Below, in pieces: positions 1 through 9,392 of a DNA stretch of 43,183 nucleotides. How positions within the stretch are numbered: position 1 is the stretch's first letter; the number at the start of each line of letters is the position of its first letter. Both the position numbers and the translations under genes were made by a program. Under the pieces are notes generated by a model that made no database searches, was not told the DNA's origin, and saw only the letters and a program-made list of their open reading frames with translations. Source of the DNA: Candidatus Brocadiia bacterium (GTDB lineage Bacteria; Planctomycetota; Brocadiia; SM23-32); assembly GCA_046538485.1 (NCBI GenBank), contig JBKHIT010000041.1:1-43183 (forward strand), read 5' to 3'.

Positions 1-64
1 TGGCGCGTAGTGGCCAATCATACTTCCACCGGCACAGGGCGCGGCGGGGACGGGCTAACGGGGT

Positions 65-484
65 TTACAGAATACTTGCATTTTTGGGTGTCAAAATCGC
101 CCGTAAGAACTCGACTGATACATCAAACGTTTGCGACACATCCACCAGGCTGGCCATATACGCATGTCTTTCCCCCTTATAAGGCTTAATGTTGTCATAA
201 TAACGGGGCGTATGGAACATAAGCATATCAATTTTCCCTGTCCGTGAATCGTACTGATAGCCTCCTTCATTATCTTGTTTTAACAAGAAATCATCATGAT
301 AGTCTTCGCTCGCAAGCCAATCCGGTCGCCAGTCAGGACCATTACCAGACGGGTCGGACGACCAACGGATCACTTTCGCCCCCTCGTTCCGCGGCTGCCA
401 CACAGAACGACCTTTGCAATCATCGTCGTCTACGCCTTTTTCGAGAAAAGAAAATACTATCAACCCGTCCCTCGCGTTCAGGGT
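65..484 (-). pseudogene. Orphan 3' gene fragment (hypothetical protein) between two IS-like ends
   Basis: The part of ORF 65..751 below ~484 reads like real protein (NARDGLIVFSFLEK...WRPDWLASEDY...). Upstream, the frame runs through the 88-bp repeat and overlaps the next gene, so no genuine start is visible. Confidence 0.45.
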
Positions 485-570
485 CAGTGATTCTGTAAGC
501 TTGCAACCCCGCTTGTCGACCGCGTATCCTGCAGACTCGAGCTCAGCTGAGTCCGCCGCTGCGGACAAAG
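483..570. repeat. 88-bp dispersed repeat, copy 1
   Basis: 77/88 identical, ungapped, to 4560-4647. Contains the hairpin GTCCGC-cgct-GCGGAC. Confidence 0.9.
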
Positions 571-617
571 CGAGCTGCAAATGAAGCCGTTGGAATCCAG
601 GCGGGCTCCAGAAGCCC

Positions 618-1529
618 TTACGAGCTGTTGCCGTGAGTGCCTCCCTCGCGGCAGGCGCAGAACCAGCTTTCGGCCGTGCCGAAACGGTAGTGCCCGCATT
701 CATGGCAAACTGGCCGCACGGGGCCGTGTTCGGTATCGATCCGTAGCGCACCGTATTTAAAAAGCGTTCTTATCTCGCGCAGCATTTGCGTGGAACCAGC
801 CCGTCCCCACGGCAGCGTTTCCAGCGCAAACGGGTGCTCGAAATCCAAAGAACGCAGCTCAGGGGCGAGGGCATCCCAGTCGATTGTCCCATAGGGAGGC
901 TGGATGTGGCGGTCCATCCAACCGTCGTTATCCTGAATGTGAAAGTTGATGATATCCTCGCGGAGTACCTCGAAAGCCTGCATCACTCCTTCATCGTTGA
1001 GATGTGCATGGCCGGTATCGAAACAGAAGCCCAGAAGCGAGGAGTCGAACCGATCCACAAACTTGCGCAGCGATATGGTCTGGTCCCCCAGGTAGCCTGG
1101 CAGCAAGTTCTCAAGTGCCAACGCCACTTCCAGCTCTTCTGCCTTGGGCAGGAGATGCTCGATGCTTTCACGCAGATTGTCCCAGCGTGCAGAGCGCTGC
1201 TCGGTGGGCACAGGGGGGCCGGGATGCAGCACGACACACTGCGCGCCGATCAAAGCGGCATTCCGCAGAGCCAAGAGGGTGCTCTGAACGGCTCCGTCCC
1301 GTTTCTCAGAGTCGGATGAGGACAGATCGTGCTCCGGTCCGAATGGTGCGTGCGCCGAATAAATTTCGATGTTCCGCCCCCGAAGCATCTCGGCTTGCGC
1401 CTGAAGGAGATCCCGATCGGTGTCGGACAAAACGGGCGCACCCGGCTCAACAGCCGATACGCCCTCAAAGATCTGCTCCTGCATTGCGGGCTCAATATCG
1501 AGGTCCCACAGACAGATTGCGAAATCCAT
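618..1529 (-). CDS. Sugar phosphate isomerase/epimerase family (xylose-isomerase-like TIM barrel)
   Basis: Motifs SAHAPF, VVLHPG, LALEN, CFDTGHAH, HIQDNDG...H..P..G.IDW, ALE. Likely ATG at 1529. C-terminal CHECGH...CAC tail. Confidence 0.85.
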   Translation of the reverse strand: MDFAICLWDLDIEPAMQEQIFEGVSAVEPGAPVLSDTDRDLLQAQAEMLRGRNIEIYSAHAPFGPEHDLSSSDSEKRDGAVQSTLLALRNAALIGAQCVVLHPGPPVPTEQRSARWDNLRESIEHLLPKAEELEVALALENLLPGYLGDQTISLRKFVDRFDSSLLGFCFDTGHAHLNDEGVMQAFEVLREDIINFHIQDNDGWMDRHIQPPYGTIDWDALAPELRSLDFEHPFALETLPWGRAGSTQMLREIRTLFKYGALRIDTEHGPVRPVCHECGHYRFGTAESWFCACREGGTHGNSS

Positions 1530-1578
1530 ATTTTTTGTCCCTTTGGTAAGAGCCATCAGCTCAGAACTCAATATGTTC

Positions 1579-1606
1579 TAGCCTGCATCTTTACGGATGC
1601 AGGCTA
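1579..1606. terminator. Perfect 11-bp-stem hairpin (terminator- or REP-like)
   Basis: TAGCCTGCATC-tttacg-GATGCAGGCTA. Confidence 0.5.
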
Positions 1607-1609
1607 TAT

Positions 1610-1802
1610 AAAACGGCGCATGCCGCTTAGGAGTAAGAACTTACGAAAACAAGAAGTGTCACAGTATCCGGCCAGTGTTACTATGCAGCAAGATGTCTGT
1701 ATCTTCCTTGTGAAAAAGCAGTTAAAACCAATTGTTTCTCAACGTAGCGTTCGCCTTGTTGCTGATCACTGATTGTAAGTTGTCAGATTTGTGCGCCGTT
1801 TT
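1610..1802. repeat. MITE-like segment bounded by 11-bp inverted repeats
   Basis: AAAACGGCGCA (1610-1620) / TGCGCCGTTTT (1792-1802). The right part resembles 24969-25020 in inverted orientation. Confidence 0.55.
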
Positions 1803-1809
1803 TTTTTAG

Positions 1810-1905
1810 CCCGGATTTTTGGCTGAGAAGGGTTATGAACGGTCTTCCATAAAGATTCTACCCTGGTTGGGCAAGAATGGCTTCCAATTACCCGTAAAAT
1901 CCGGG
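1810..1905. mobile_element. 96-bp MITE-like element, copy 1 (CCCGGATTTT...AAAATCCGGG)
   Basis: Terminal inverted repeats flanked by TTAG/CTAG. A 97-bp counterpart lies at 24872-24968. Confidence 0.7.
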
Positions 1906-2685
1906 CTAGGCCTGGTTTATTTCCCCATGATCGAGCTCCCACATCATTACCTCCCGCATAAAGCGGTAGTATGCGGCCCCGACGGCGATCGTGAATCCGG
2001 GGAATCCGTCGAGTATCCCGAGTTGCAGAATGTATTTTTTAAGAAAATTTCCCGGCGGTTTCAGCAGGAGACTGAGCATCGAGAAGTGGCGTCCTTTTTC
2101 GTGGCGCGTGCGAGCAGCGTAGGAAGCGTATTTCGTCGAAGTGTTGACCATATCTTTCATGCCATCCGGGTAGCTGTAGTGGAGGATGTCTCCGCTGAGC
2201 TTTTTGGCTTCTCCGTCGACTTCTACCCGGGGGTGGGGCTCTTCTCCGACGACTTCACCGTCTTCACGGTTCCAGAGGCGGATTTTCGGCTGAGGGTACC
2301 AGCCACTGTGAAGAATCCAACGTCCCATAAAAAAGGTTTTTCGGGGAAAAGAGAAAGCCTGAAAAGATGGGGTGTTTGTTTGCTCAAATGACGTCTCGAT
2401 TTCTTCGCGCGCAGCCGGGGTCAGCCGTTCATCGGCATCCAGCCATAGAATCCACGGTTTGCTCGTCTGTTCCGAAGCGTATCGCGTCTGATCGACGTGT
2501 CCGGGAAAAGGTCTCTGTTCAATAAGATCAGCGTATTGTTCTGCGATCTCAACCGTTCGGTCCTCGCTGAAAGAGTCGACAACCACAATTTCGTCGACCC
2601 ACGCCACGCTTTCCAGGCATTCACGAATATTGTTTTCTTCGTTGTAGGTTATGACAAATGCCGAGATTTCCGGTCTGGGGCTCAT
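1906..2685 (-). CDS. Glycosyltransferase family 2 (WaaE/KdtX-like)
   Basis: ISAFVITYNEE.NI..CLES, VVDSFSEDRT, WILWLDADE, HSGWYP, GILDG.PG. ATG at 2685 preceded by GGAG. Confidence 0.9.
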   Translation of the reverse strand: MSPRPEISAFVITYNEENNIRECLESVAWVDEIVVVDSFSEDRTVEIAEQYADLIEQRPFPGHVDQTRYASEQTSKPWILWLDADERLTPAAREEIETSFEQTNTPSFQAFSFPRKTFFMGRWILHSGWYPQPKIRLWNREDGEVVGEEPHPRVEVDGEAKKLSGDILHYSYPDGMKDMVNTSTKYASYAARTRHEKGRHFSMLSLLLKPPGNFLKKYILQLGILDGFPGFTIAVGAAYYRFMREVMMWELDHGEINQA

Positions 2686-2765
2686 CGTTTTCTCCACCGC
2701 GATTTAACATCCGGGTCTTAGCAGGCTTTTGTTTTCCTGGAGGATGCTGGAGACTTTTTTGTTCA

Positions 2766-3935
2766 TTAAGTATAGCTAAAGTTGTATTGCGGGCAGGGCA
2801 GAGGCAGCAGTTCGTTGAGGGCATTTTTCAGCGGCCCTGCATCGAGAGCGGCGATCGTTGCAGCGTCTTCGTTGAAAAGGCATTCTGCCAGATTGTCCCA
2901 ACCGTTGATCTCAAGCTTCTCGTCGGCGAGTTCAAGCTTGAACGTCTCGCCGGACGAGTTTGCCCGAAGCGCGTCGGTAGTAATTTCCCCGATTTTTTCA
3001 GCGAAGTAATCGCTCAAACTACTGATAAGTCTGACAAAGTTTACGATACGGATGCTGCCTTGAGTCTGGACGGCACCTTCGAACTCGGCACCGGCGGCCA
3101 TCAGCGCCCCCCTGGCCCTTGTTTCATGGGGGTAAAGTCGCCAGCGAACTCCCTTACATCCCAGGGTGTCCGCGACGCGGGACAGACCGGCGATGACGCC
3201 TTCTGGTTCTCCGCCCCATTCACGCAACGGGCATATATCGTCGTCGCTTCCCGGGTTTTCCGGGAGCACGAAGTAAGCGGATGGTTTCTCGTTGTTGCGG
3301 ACGAGCCAGAAGGCAGAAATATGGCCCTGACAACGGTTTTTCCTCATCCGCATTTGCCATTCTTCGAGGGGACGAATGAAGCGGTAAGGTTTCTGCTGCT
3401 GCAGCTCGGAAAGAATGCGTGCCTGATCGGGACCTATTTTATCGACGGACAGATCGTTTTTCTTTTGTTCAGAGGGAGCGAGGCAGAATTGGTGAAAAGT
3501 TCCGACGGAACGTGCTCCGATTCTCTGGTAAAGTCCGCGTCCGCCACTGATCATCAGAAACACCCCGCCGGCGTCTTTAAAACGTTGCAGTGCGAACTGG
3601 AGTGTGCGCGTCGCGAGGCCTTTCCCGCGGTAATCCTCATCCGTTGCCACGGCTCCGATCATGCCGACCCGCAGCAGTGATCCAAAACACGAGAGTTTGA
3701 CCGGCAAAAAGCCCACATGCGAGACCACCCGGTCCCCATCGCGGCAGATGCAGAGATTTGGGAAATTGTCGGGCCGGAGATAATACGGGAAATCCTCTCT
3801 CATGGATTGCTTACTATCGGCGCGAAATACTGCGTCGAGCATTTCGATCAGGCTTTCATAGTGCTGTGCCTTGAGCGGTTCCGGGCCGATAATATTTGTT
3901 TCTGACAAAAGCCAAATCCCTTCGTCAAGATGCAC
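2766..3935 (-). CDS. GNAT family N-acetyltransferase (Eis-like)
   Basis: VVSHVG...IGAVATDEDYRGKGLA acetyl-CoA motif, ISGGRGLY. The start is uncertain (GTG 3935 or TTG ~3908). Confidence 0.8.
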   Translation of the reverse strand: MHLDEGIWLLSETNIIGPEPLKAQHYESLIEMLDAVFRADSKQSMREDFPYYLRPDNFPNLCICRDGDRVVSHVGFLPVKLSCFGSLLRVGMIGAVATDEDYRGKGLATRTLQFALQRFKDAGGVFLMISGGRGLYQRIGARSVGTFHQFCLAPSEQKKNDLSVDKIGPDQARILSELQQQKPYRFIRPLEEWQMRMRKNRCQGHISAFWLVRNNEKPSAYFVLPENPGSDDDICPLREWGGEPEGVIAGLSRVADTLGCKGVRWRLYPHETRARGALMAAGAEFEGAVQTQGSIRIVNFVRLISSLSDYFAEKIGEITTDALRANSSGETFKLELADEKLEINGWDNLAECLFNEDAATIAALDAGPLKNALNELLPLPCPQYNFSYT

Positions 3936-3941
3936 TTGCGT

Positions 3942-4235
3942 TTACTGTTGGTGATTCTCAGATTCGTTTTTGGAGAGAGCCGCGTGGTATTTTTGTATAG
4001 CGCTGCTGAGGATCGTTTTTTGACGGTCGTCCAGTGCCCGTGCCACGACGACGAAACTTGCCAGAAGTATAACCAGGGCCTGTGATTTTTCATCGGGAAA
4101 CGCAAACAAATAGACGATAGCCAGTCCGCATAAAAGAAGCCCGAAAAGCAGGATCAATATCCACCCTTTTCCCATCCTCTTTTTTCTTTTCAGATAGGTT
4201 TCAATAACAGCTCGTTCTTTCGGTTCCAGTTCCAT
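3942..4235 (-). CDS. Small hypothetical membrane protein (2 TM)
   Basis: ATG with AAGGAG upstream; two hydrophobic stretches. Confidence 0.7.
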   Translation of the reverse strand: MELEPKERAVIETYLKRKKRMGKGWILILLFGLLLCGLAIVYLFAFPDEKSQALVILLASFVVVARALDDRQKTILSSAIQKYHAALSKNESENHQQ

Positions 4236-4407
4236 AAGTTTTACTCCTTCCCTCGTGCCCGGGTATTATTTTGTTTTTCCTTTACGGCGAGAAAACGTTT
4301 TTGGTTTGCAGCCTCCTATTTCCCGGTGGATTGGTTACGCGGAATCGGCTGCGGCGAAAAGTATGGTATAGGGCTTATGATGCGTGCGTCAATGGGAATT
4401 GCAGCGT

Positions 4408-4952
4408 GAGGACTTTGCGCTGTGGGTCATTTCCCTGTTTGACAACGCTGGACTGGCTTGAGATTGCCACCGACTCCCGAACAGAGCCGGGCGCAAATTC
4501 CTCAAGTTTCCTTCGGAAAAGTCTTTACAGGTTGTTGTAACATAAACCTCATGTCTGGTGTCAATCATTCTGTGAGCTTGCAACTCCGCTTCTCGACCGC
4601 GTATCCTGCAGACTCGAGTTCAGCTGAGTCCGCTCAGGCGGACGAAGGGGGACTTGAGGCGGACAAATGCCGTGAAATGCCAGGTAGCTGTCGGTCCGCA
4701 TCGCCGAAGCGGACCTGCCGTTGGTTGTTCTGCTGTTTTGCTCCGAGACCTGCCGGTTTATGGTCCGCGTTCTGAACTCCAGTCTCCGGCTGAAGTCCAG
4801 TCCGCTCGCGGGGGGCCAATGGGGTGAAAAACCGCTTTTTCAGGCTAAACCATTTTCTCAACGGCTCTCAGAGCCGGATTTTGGGGTAAAAAATTTTTCT
4901 GGCTATGCTAAGTCCCAACTGTGCCAATATTTTTGATCAACGCAAATGGCTC
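4408..4952 (-). mobile_element. 545-bp non-autonomous (MITE-like) derivative of the IS family at 13416-15266
   Basis: Ends GAGGACTTTGCGCTGTGGG and CAACGCAAATGGCTC match the IS inverted repeats. 6-bp direct repeat CAGCGT at 4402-4407 and 4953-4958. About 140 bp at the right end is colinear with the IS left end (TTTACCCCA, GTTTTTCACCCCA). Confidence 0.8.
4560..4647. repeat. 88-bp dispersed repeat, copy 2 (inside the MITE)
   Basis: Matches 483-570. Hairpin GTCCGC-tcag-GCGGAC. Confidence 0.9.
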
Positions 4953-4967
4953 CAGCGTCAGAAATCT

Positions 4968-5216
4968 TCAACCTTTGTTTCGACTGAAGTGAAAAAAGCT
5001 GAGCAGGTATCGCCGGGAAGCTTTAAATCCCCGCACGTATGCTGCCGTCCCGTCATCGCTGCCATCGTCGACGAGAATGACTTCGAGTTCGGGCCAGTTC
5101 TGATTCAGAACGCTTTCAAGGGTTTCCCCGACCAATCCTCGCCGGTTATAGGAGGGAATGACCACTGAAACGAGGGGATTTTTAGTGGAACCCTGATTAT
5201 TTGCCCGCCGGGTCAA
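4968..5216 (-). pseudogene. Truncated GT2 glycosyltransferase (N-terminal 82 aa only)
   Basis: PLVSVVIPSYNR...ESVLNQ...EVILVDDGSDDGT, then a stop right after HFSRNKG, before the DxD motif. Confidence 0.8.
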
Positions 5217-5383
5217 ACTGAAGAGATCCTCCTTGAAGATGAAGCCAGTGTCTATTACCAGATTGTTATTTTAGAGCGATCCGGGAGACTTTACAATGCT
5301 CTTTACCTTGATTTCCTTGCCTCTCTGACGTACCCTTTGTGCCTGTCGAGGGGTTTAGACTAAAACTGCGACGAGAAAAATTT

Positions 5384-6568
5384 ATGTCCATGCCTGATCA
5401 GAAAGGATACTACGGTCAGTTTGGCGGTCGGTTTGTGCCGGAAACCCTTATCCCGGCGCTGGAGCAGCTGACGGAAGCATTCGAAACCGCCCGAGATGAT
5501 CCGAGCTTCCAGGAGGAATTGAATTACTACCTCCGCGAGTTTGTTGGCCGGCCGAGTCCCCTTTATTTTGCGGAAAGGCTGACCGAACGGATTGGCGGGC
5601 CGAAAATCTATCTGAAACGGGAAGATCTTAACCACACCGGAGCCCACAAAATTAACAATACCCTTGGGCAGGTGCTTCTTGCTGTCAGGATGGGGAAGGA
5701 ACGTATCATTGCAGAAACCGGGGCCGGTCAGCACGGTGTGGCAACCGCCACCGCTGCCGCGATGTTCGGTTTGCCGTGCGAGGTATACATGGGAACCGAA
5801 GATATCCGGCGTCAGCGTATTAACTGTCTGAGAATGCAGTTACTCGGCACAAATGTTGTTCCTGTCGAAACCGGAGCGAGAACTCTTAAAGATGCAACAA
5901 ATGAAGCCATGAGGGATTGGATGGGTTCTTTCGAAGAAACTCATTATATCATTGGCAGCGTGGTTGGACCGCACCCTTTTCCCGCTATGGTGGCCGAGTT
6001 CCAGAAAGTTATAGGGACAGAAACTCGGGAGCAAATATTGCAAAAAGAAAGCCGTCTTCCGGACTTGCTGGTCGCCTGTGTTGGCGGAGGGAGCAACTCA
6101 ATAGGATTGTTTCGACCGTTTGCCGACGACGAAAGTGTCGGGATGGTCGGTGTTGAAGCCGGGGGGCTCGGGGGAGGTTTCGGCCAGCATGCTGCGACGC
6201 TGGTTCATGGACAGCCCGGAATACTTCATGGATCAAAAAGTTATGTTCTCCAGGATGAGGACGGGCAGACGAGTCCCGTTCATTCGGTGGCGGCTGGTCT
6301 CGATTACCCCGGTGTGGGGCCGGAACATAGCCTTTTCCAGGAAACCGGTCGAGCCAGATATACCTCGGTCACTGACGAAGAGACGCTGGACGCTTTTCGA
6401 GTATGTTCGGAATCCGAAGGAATTATCCCGGCGCTCGAGAGCGCGCACGCTGTGGCGTGGTTGTTAAAAAAAGGAGACTCGTTGCCCGAGGATAAAATTG
6501 TGGTCCTTTGCATGTCAGGACGCGGCGATAAGGACGTGTATGAAGTTGCCGAACGACTGGATCTGTAG
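5384..6568 (+). CDS. trpB: Tryptophan synthase beta chain
   Basis: [51 protein letters not shown]. Confidence 0.98.
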   Translation: MSMPDQKGYYGQFGGRFVPETLIPALEQLTEAFETARDDPSFQEELNYYLREFVGRPSPLYFAERLTERIGGPKIYLKREDLNHTGAHKINNTLGQVLLAVRMGKERIIAETGAGQHGVATATAAAMFGLPCEVYMGTEDIRRQRINCLRMQLLGTNVVPVETGARTLKDATNEAMRDWMGSFEETHYIIGSVVGPHPFPAMVAEFQKVIGTETREQILQKESRLPDLLVACVGGGSNSIGLFRPFADDESVGMVGVEAGGLGGGFGQHAATLVHGQPGILHGSKSYVLQDEDGQTSPVHSVAAGLDYPGVGPEHSLFQETGRARYTSVTDEETLDAFRVCSESEGIIPALESAHAVAWLLKKGDSLPEDKIVVLCMSGRGDKDVYEVAERLDL

Positions 6569-6576
6569 CGGAGAAA

Positions 6577-7395
6577 TTGATGAACAGCGATGCCAACCGA
6601 ATTGATGCAAAGTTTGGTCATCTTCGAAAGGATGATCAGGCGGCTTTCATCCCTTTTCTGACTGCCGGGGATCCTGACCTGCAGACCACCAAAAAGCTGA
6701 TTCTGGCTGCGGAGAAAGCGGGAGCGGACGTAATAGAACTTGGTTTCCCGTTTTCTGATCCCATTGCCGACGGACCAACAATACAGGCATCTTATACCCG
6801 TGTCCTCGAAAAGGGTCAGAAGACGGATGAAATTTTTGAATTGGTCAAATCGGTGCGAGAAGAGTCAGAAATACCCATTGTCGCCATGGTTTCCTATAGC
6901 ATCGTTTACCGCCTGGGCTTTGAAACATTTCGGGATCGTGCTTGTGAAGCTGGATTGGATGGCGCAACCATCCCGGATTTGCCCACTGAAGAAATGGCAC
7001 CGCTAAAAGAAGTGGCCGATGCTCGTAATTTCCGCCTGATCTGTTTCATAACGCCGTCGACGACGCAGCAGCGTAGGGCAAAAGCCGTAGCTCTCGCGGG
7101 GGGATTTATTTATTACATTGCGGTACGGGGTATCACAGGAGAGAGAGAAGAACTTGCTGACGATCTTTTGCAGAATATCGAGAGTTTGAGGTCTTTGACT
7201 GATGTGCCTGTGGCTGTGGGATTCGGGATTTCATGTCCCGAACATGCCCGGGCTGTGGGACACGCTGCCGATGGGGTGATTGTCGGGAGCGCAATAATCC
7301 GGAGGATCCAGAACGCATGCGAAGAAAGCGCCGATCCTGTCGACGCTGCCGCCGCATTTATTTCAGAAATGGCAAAAGCGGCAAAACAACTTTGA
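6577..7395 (+). CDS. trpA: Tryptophan synthase alpha chain
   Basis: FLTAGDP, IELGFPFSDPIADGPTIQ, VGFGIS, ADGVIVGSA; directly follows trpB. Confidence 0.97.
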   Translation: MMNSDANRIDAKFGHLRKDDQAAFIPFLTAGDPDLQTTKKLILAAEKAGADVIELGFPFSDPIADGPTIQASYTRVLEKGQKTDEIFELVKSVREESEIPIVAMVSYSIVYRLGFETFRDRACEAGLDGATIPDLPTEEMAPLKEVADARNFRLICFITPSTTQQRRAKAVALAGGFIYYIAVRGITGEREELADDLLQNIESLRSLTDVPVAVGFGISCPEHARAVGHAADGVIVGSAIIRRIQNACEESADPVDAAAAFISEMAKAAKQL

Positions 7396-7467
7396 TCAGC
7401 GGTTTTGGCGTGTCGATAGAACAGCGGTACTGGGCGCATGTCTCCATTTGCGAAGCGAGGGTGTTGA

Positions 7468-7496
7468 TTGACAGAATATCGGGTTTTCCGTATAAG
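7468..7496 (+). promoter_or_regulatory. Putative sigma70 promoter for the STAS-glnA unit
   Basis: TTGACA-17 bp-TATAAG. Confidence 0.6.
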
Positions 7497-7539
7497 ATAC
7501 TTCCGGTAAACAAAAGCCAAAGTGTGATAATAAAAAGAT

Positions 7540-7899
7540 ATGAGTGACGAAAGAGAAATTCTCGAACACGAAGTGATAGACGGTGTCCATGTGCTGCGCC
7601 TCCACATGTCGGATCTGGAGGACGGTGCGCCGCTGATGGCTCTTAACGAACGAATGGAAAAGCTGTTGGAGAACAGTGATAGTTCCCCAAAAGTGATTGT
7701 TAACCTCAGTTCAGTTGAGTATATGGTGACGACCGCTCTGGCCAAGCTGGTTTCATACCGGCGACGAATCCTGGGGAAAAATGGCGGTTTGAGTCTGTGT
7801 GGCCTTCAACCTGCCGTCCAGGAAGTTATGGAGATTACCAAGTTCGATGAATTGTTCGATATTTGTGAAGACGAGCCGCAGGCGCTTAAGGCTATGTAG
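7540..7899 (+). CDS. STAS domain anti-sigma factor antagonist
   Basis: VIVNLSSVEYMVTTAL..L...GGLSLCGLQPAVQEVMEITKFDELFDI. Confidence 0.88.
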   Translation: MSDEREILEHEVIDGVHVLRLHMSDLEDGAPLMALNERMEKLLENSDSSPKVIVNLSSVEYMVTTALAKLVSYRRRILGKNGGLSLCGLQPAVQEVMEITKFDELFDICEDEPQALKAM

Positions 7900-7941
7900 A
7901 AATAAATTCCATGTTCGAATCAACCGTGGGAGACAATCCAA

Positions 7942-9354
7942 ATGGATGTCGAAGAGGTGATGCGTGTCATCGAAGAACATTCGGTCCAGGTGGTCGACCT
8001 GCGGTTCATGGATCTACCCGGGCAGTGGCAGCATTTCAGTGTTCCGACCGAAAAAGTTACCCCCGAATCTCTTGAGCAGGGGTTCGGAATCGATGGCTCG
8101 AGCGTAAGGGGCTGGCAGGCTATCAACGAAAGCGATATGGTCATCTTTCCGGACGCCGAGACGGCTGTAATGGACCCGTTCAGTGAGACGCCTACCCTGA
8201 TTATGAACTGCACTATTGCTGACCCTGTAACAAAGGAAAATTATGCCCGCGATCCGCGGTTTACAGCTATCAAAGCTGAGCGCTATCTGAGGACGACGGG
8301 CATCGGAGACACAGCGTATTTTGGACCAGAGCCAGAGTTCTTTGTTTTCGACGATGTCCGTTATGATACGCGTTCAAACGAGAGTTACTACCATGTGGAT
8401 TCTGTGGAAGGACACTGGAATACCGGACGCAAAGAGGAGCCTAATCTTGCATATAAAATTCGGTCGAAAGAAGGATATTTCCCGGTTCCTCCCGCCGATT
8501 CGATGCAGGAATTGCGCAATGAGATGATGCAGACGATGCAGAAGTGCGGACTCGATGTGGAGTGCCACCACCACGAAGTCGCTTCGGGAGGCCAGGCGGA
8601 AATCGATCTGAAATACGATACGCTGGTCCGGATTGCCGATGGATTGCTTCTTTACAAGTATATCGTGAAAAATGTCGCTCGCTGCCACGGCCGGGCAGCG
8701 ACCTTTATGCCAAAACCGATCTTCGGTGACAACGGGAGCGGCATGCACGTCCATTTTTCGATTTGGAAAGATACAAAGCCACTTTTTGCCGGCGATGATT
8801 ATGCTGGGATGAGTGAAGTTGGCATGTGGGCTCTTGGGGGACTTTTGCAACATGGAAAGGCACTGGTCGCAATTACAAGCCCCACCTATAATTCGTACCG
8901 ACGGCTCGTGCCGGGTTATGAAGCACCGGTAAATTTGGCGTATTCGTCCAGGAACCGAAGCGTGGCTATTCGTATACCGATGGTTGCAACAAATCCAGCT
9001 TCGCGGCGAATCGAGTTCCGCTGTCCCGATCCTTCATGCAATGCCTACTTTGCGTTTTCGGCCATGCTGATGGCTGCCATCGATGGGATCAAGAATAAAA
9101 TAGACCCGGGAGAAGCGCTGGACAAAAATATCTACGAACTACCTCCGCAAGAGCTTGCCCGAGTACCCTCCACCCCCGGTTCTTTAGAAGAAGCTTTGGA
9201 AGAACTGGAACGCGACCACGAGTTCCTGCTGCAGGGAGATGTGTTTACTCAGGATGTTGTCAATACGTGGATCTCCTGGAAGTGGGAGAATGAAGTAATC
9301 CCTGTGAAAAGCAGACCCCACCCGTACGAGTTTGACCTGTATTTTGATCTTTGA
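7942..9354 (+). CDS. glnA: Glutamine synthetase type I
   Basis: DGSSVRGW, GPEPEFF, HHHEVA, TFMPKP..GDNGSGMH, RIEFRCPDP; adenylylation-site motif DKNIYEL. Confidence 0.98.
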   Translation: MDVEEVMRVIEEHSVQVVDLRFMDLPGQWQHFSVPTEKVTPESLEQGFGIDGSSVRGWQAINESDMVIFPDAETAVMDPFSETPTLIMNCTIADPVTKENYARDPRFTAIKAERYLRTTGIGDTAYFGPEPEFFVFDDVRYDTRSNESYYHVDSVEGHWNTGRKEEPNLAYKIRSKEGYFPVPPADSMQELRNEMMQTMQKCGLDVECHHHEVASGGQAEIDLKYDTLVRIADGLLLYKYIVKNVARCHGRAATFMPKPIFGDNGSGMHVHFSIWKDTKPLFAGDDYAGMSEVGMWALGGLLQHGKALVAITSPTYNSYRRLVPGYEAPVNLAYSSRNRSVAIRIPMVATNPASRRIEFRCPDPSCNAYFAFSAMLMAAIDGIKNKIDPGEALDKNIYELPPQELARVPSTPGSLEEALEELERDHEFLLQGDVFTQDVVNTWISWKWENEVIPVKSRPHPYEFDLYFDL

Positions 9355-9392
9355 GATTCCCGGGCAGGTTAGAAAGCTCGGAAAGGACTCTC

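Noticed and set aside
4872..4890. Third copy of the CCCGGATTTT MITE end
   Set aside because: It lies within the IS-derived MITE subterminal region and has no partner end at about 96 bp.
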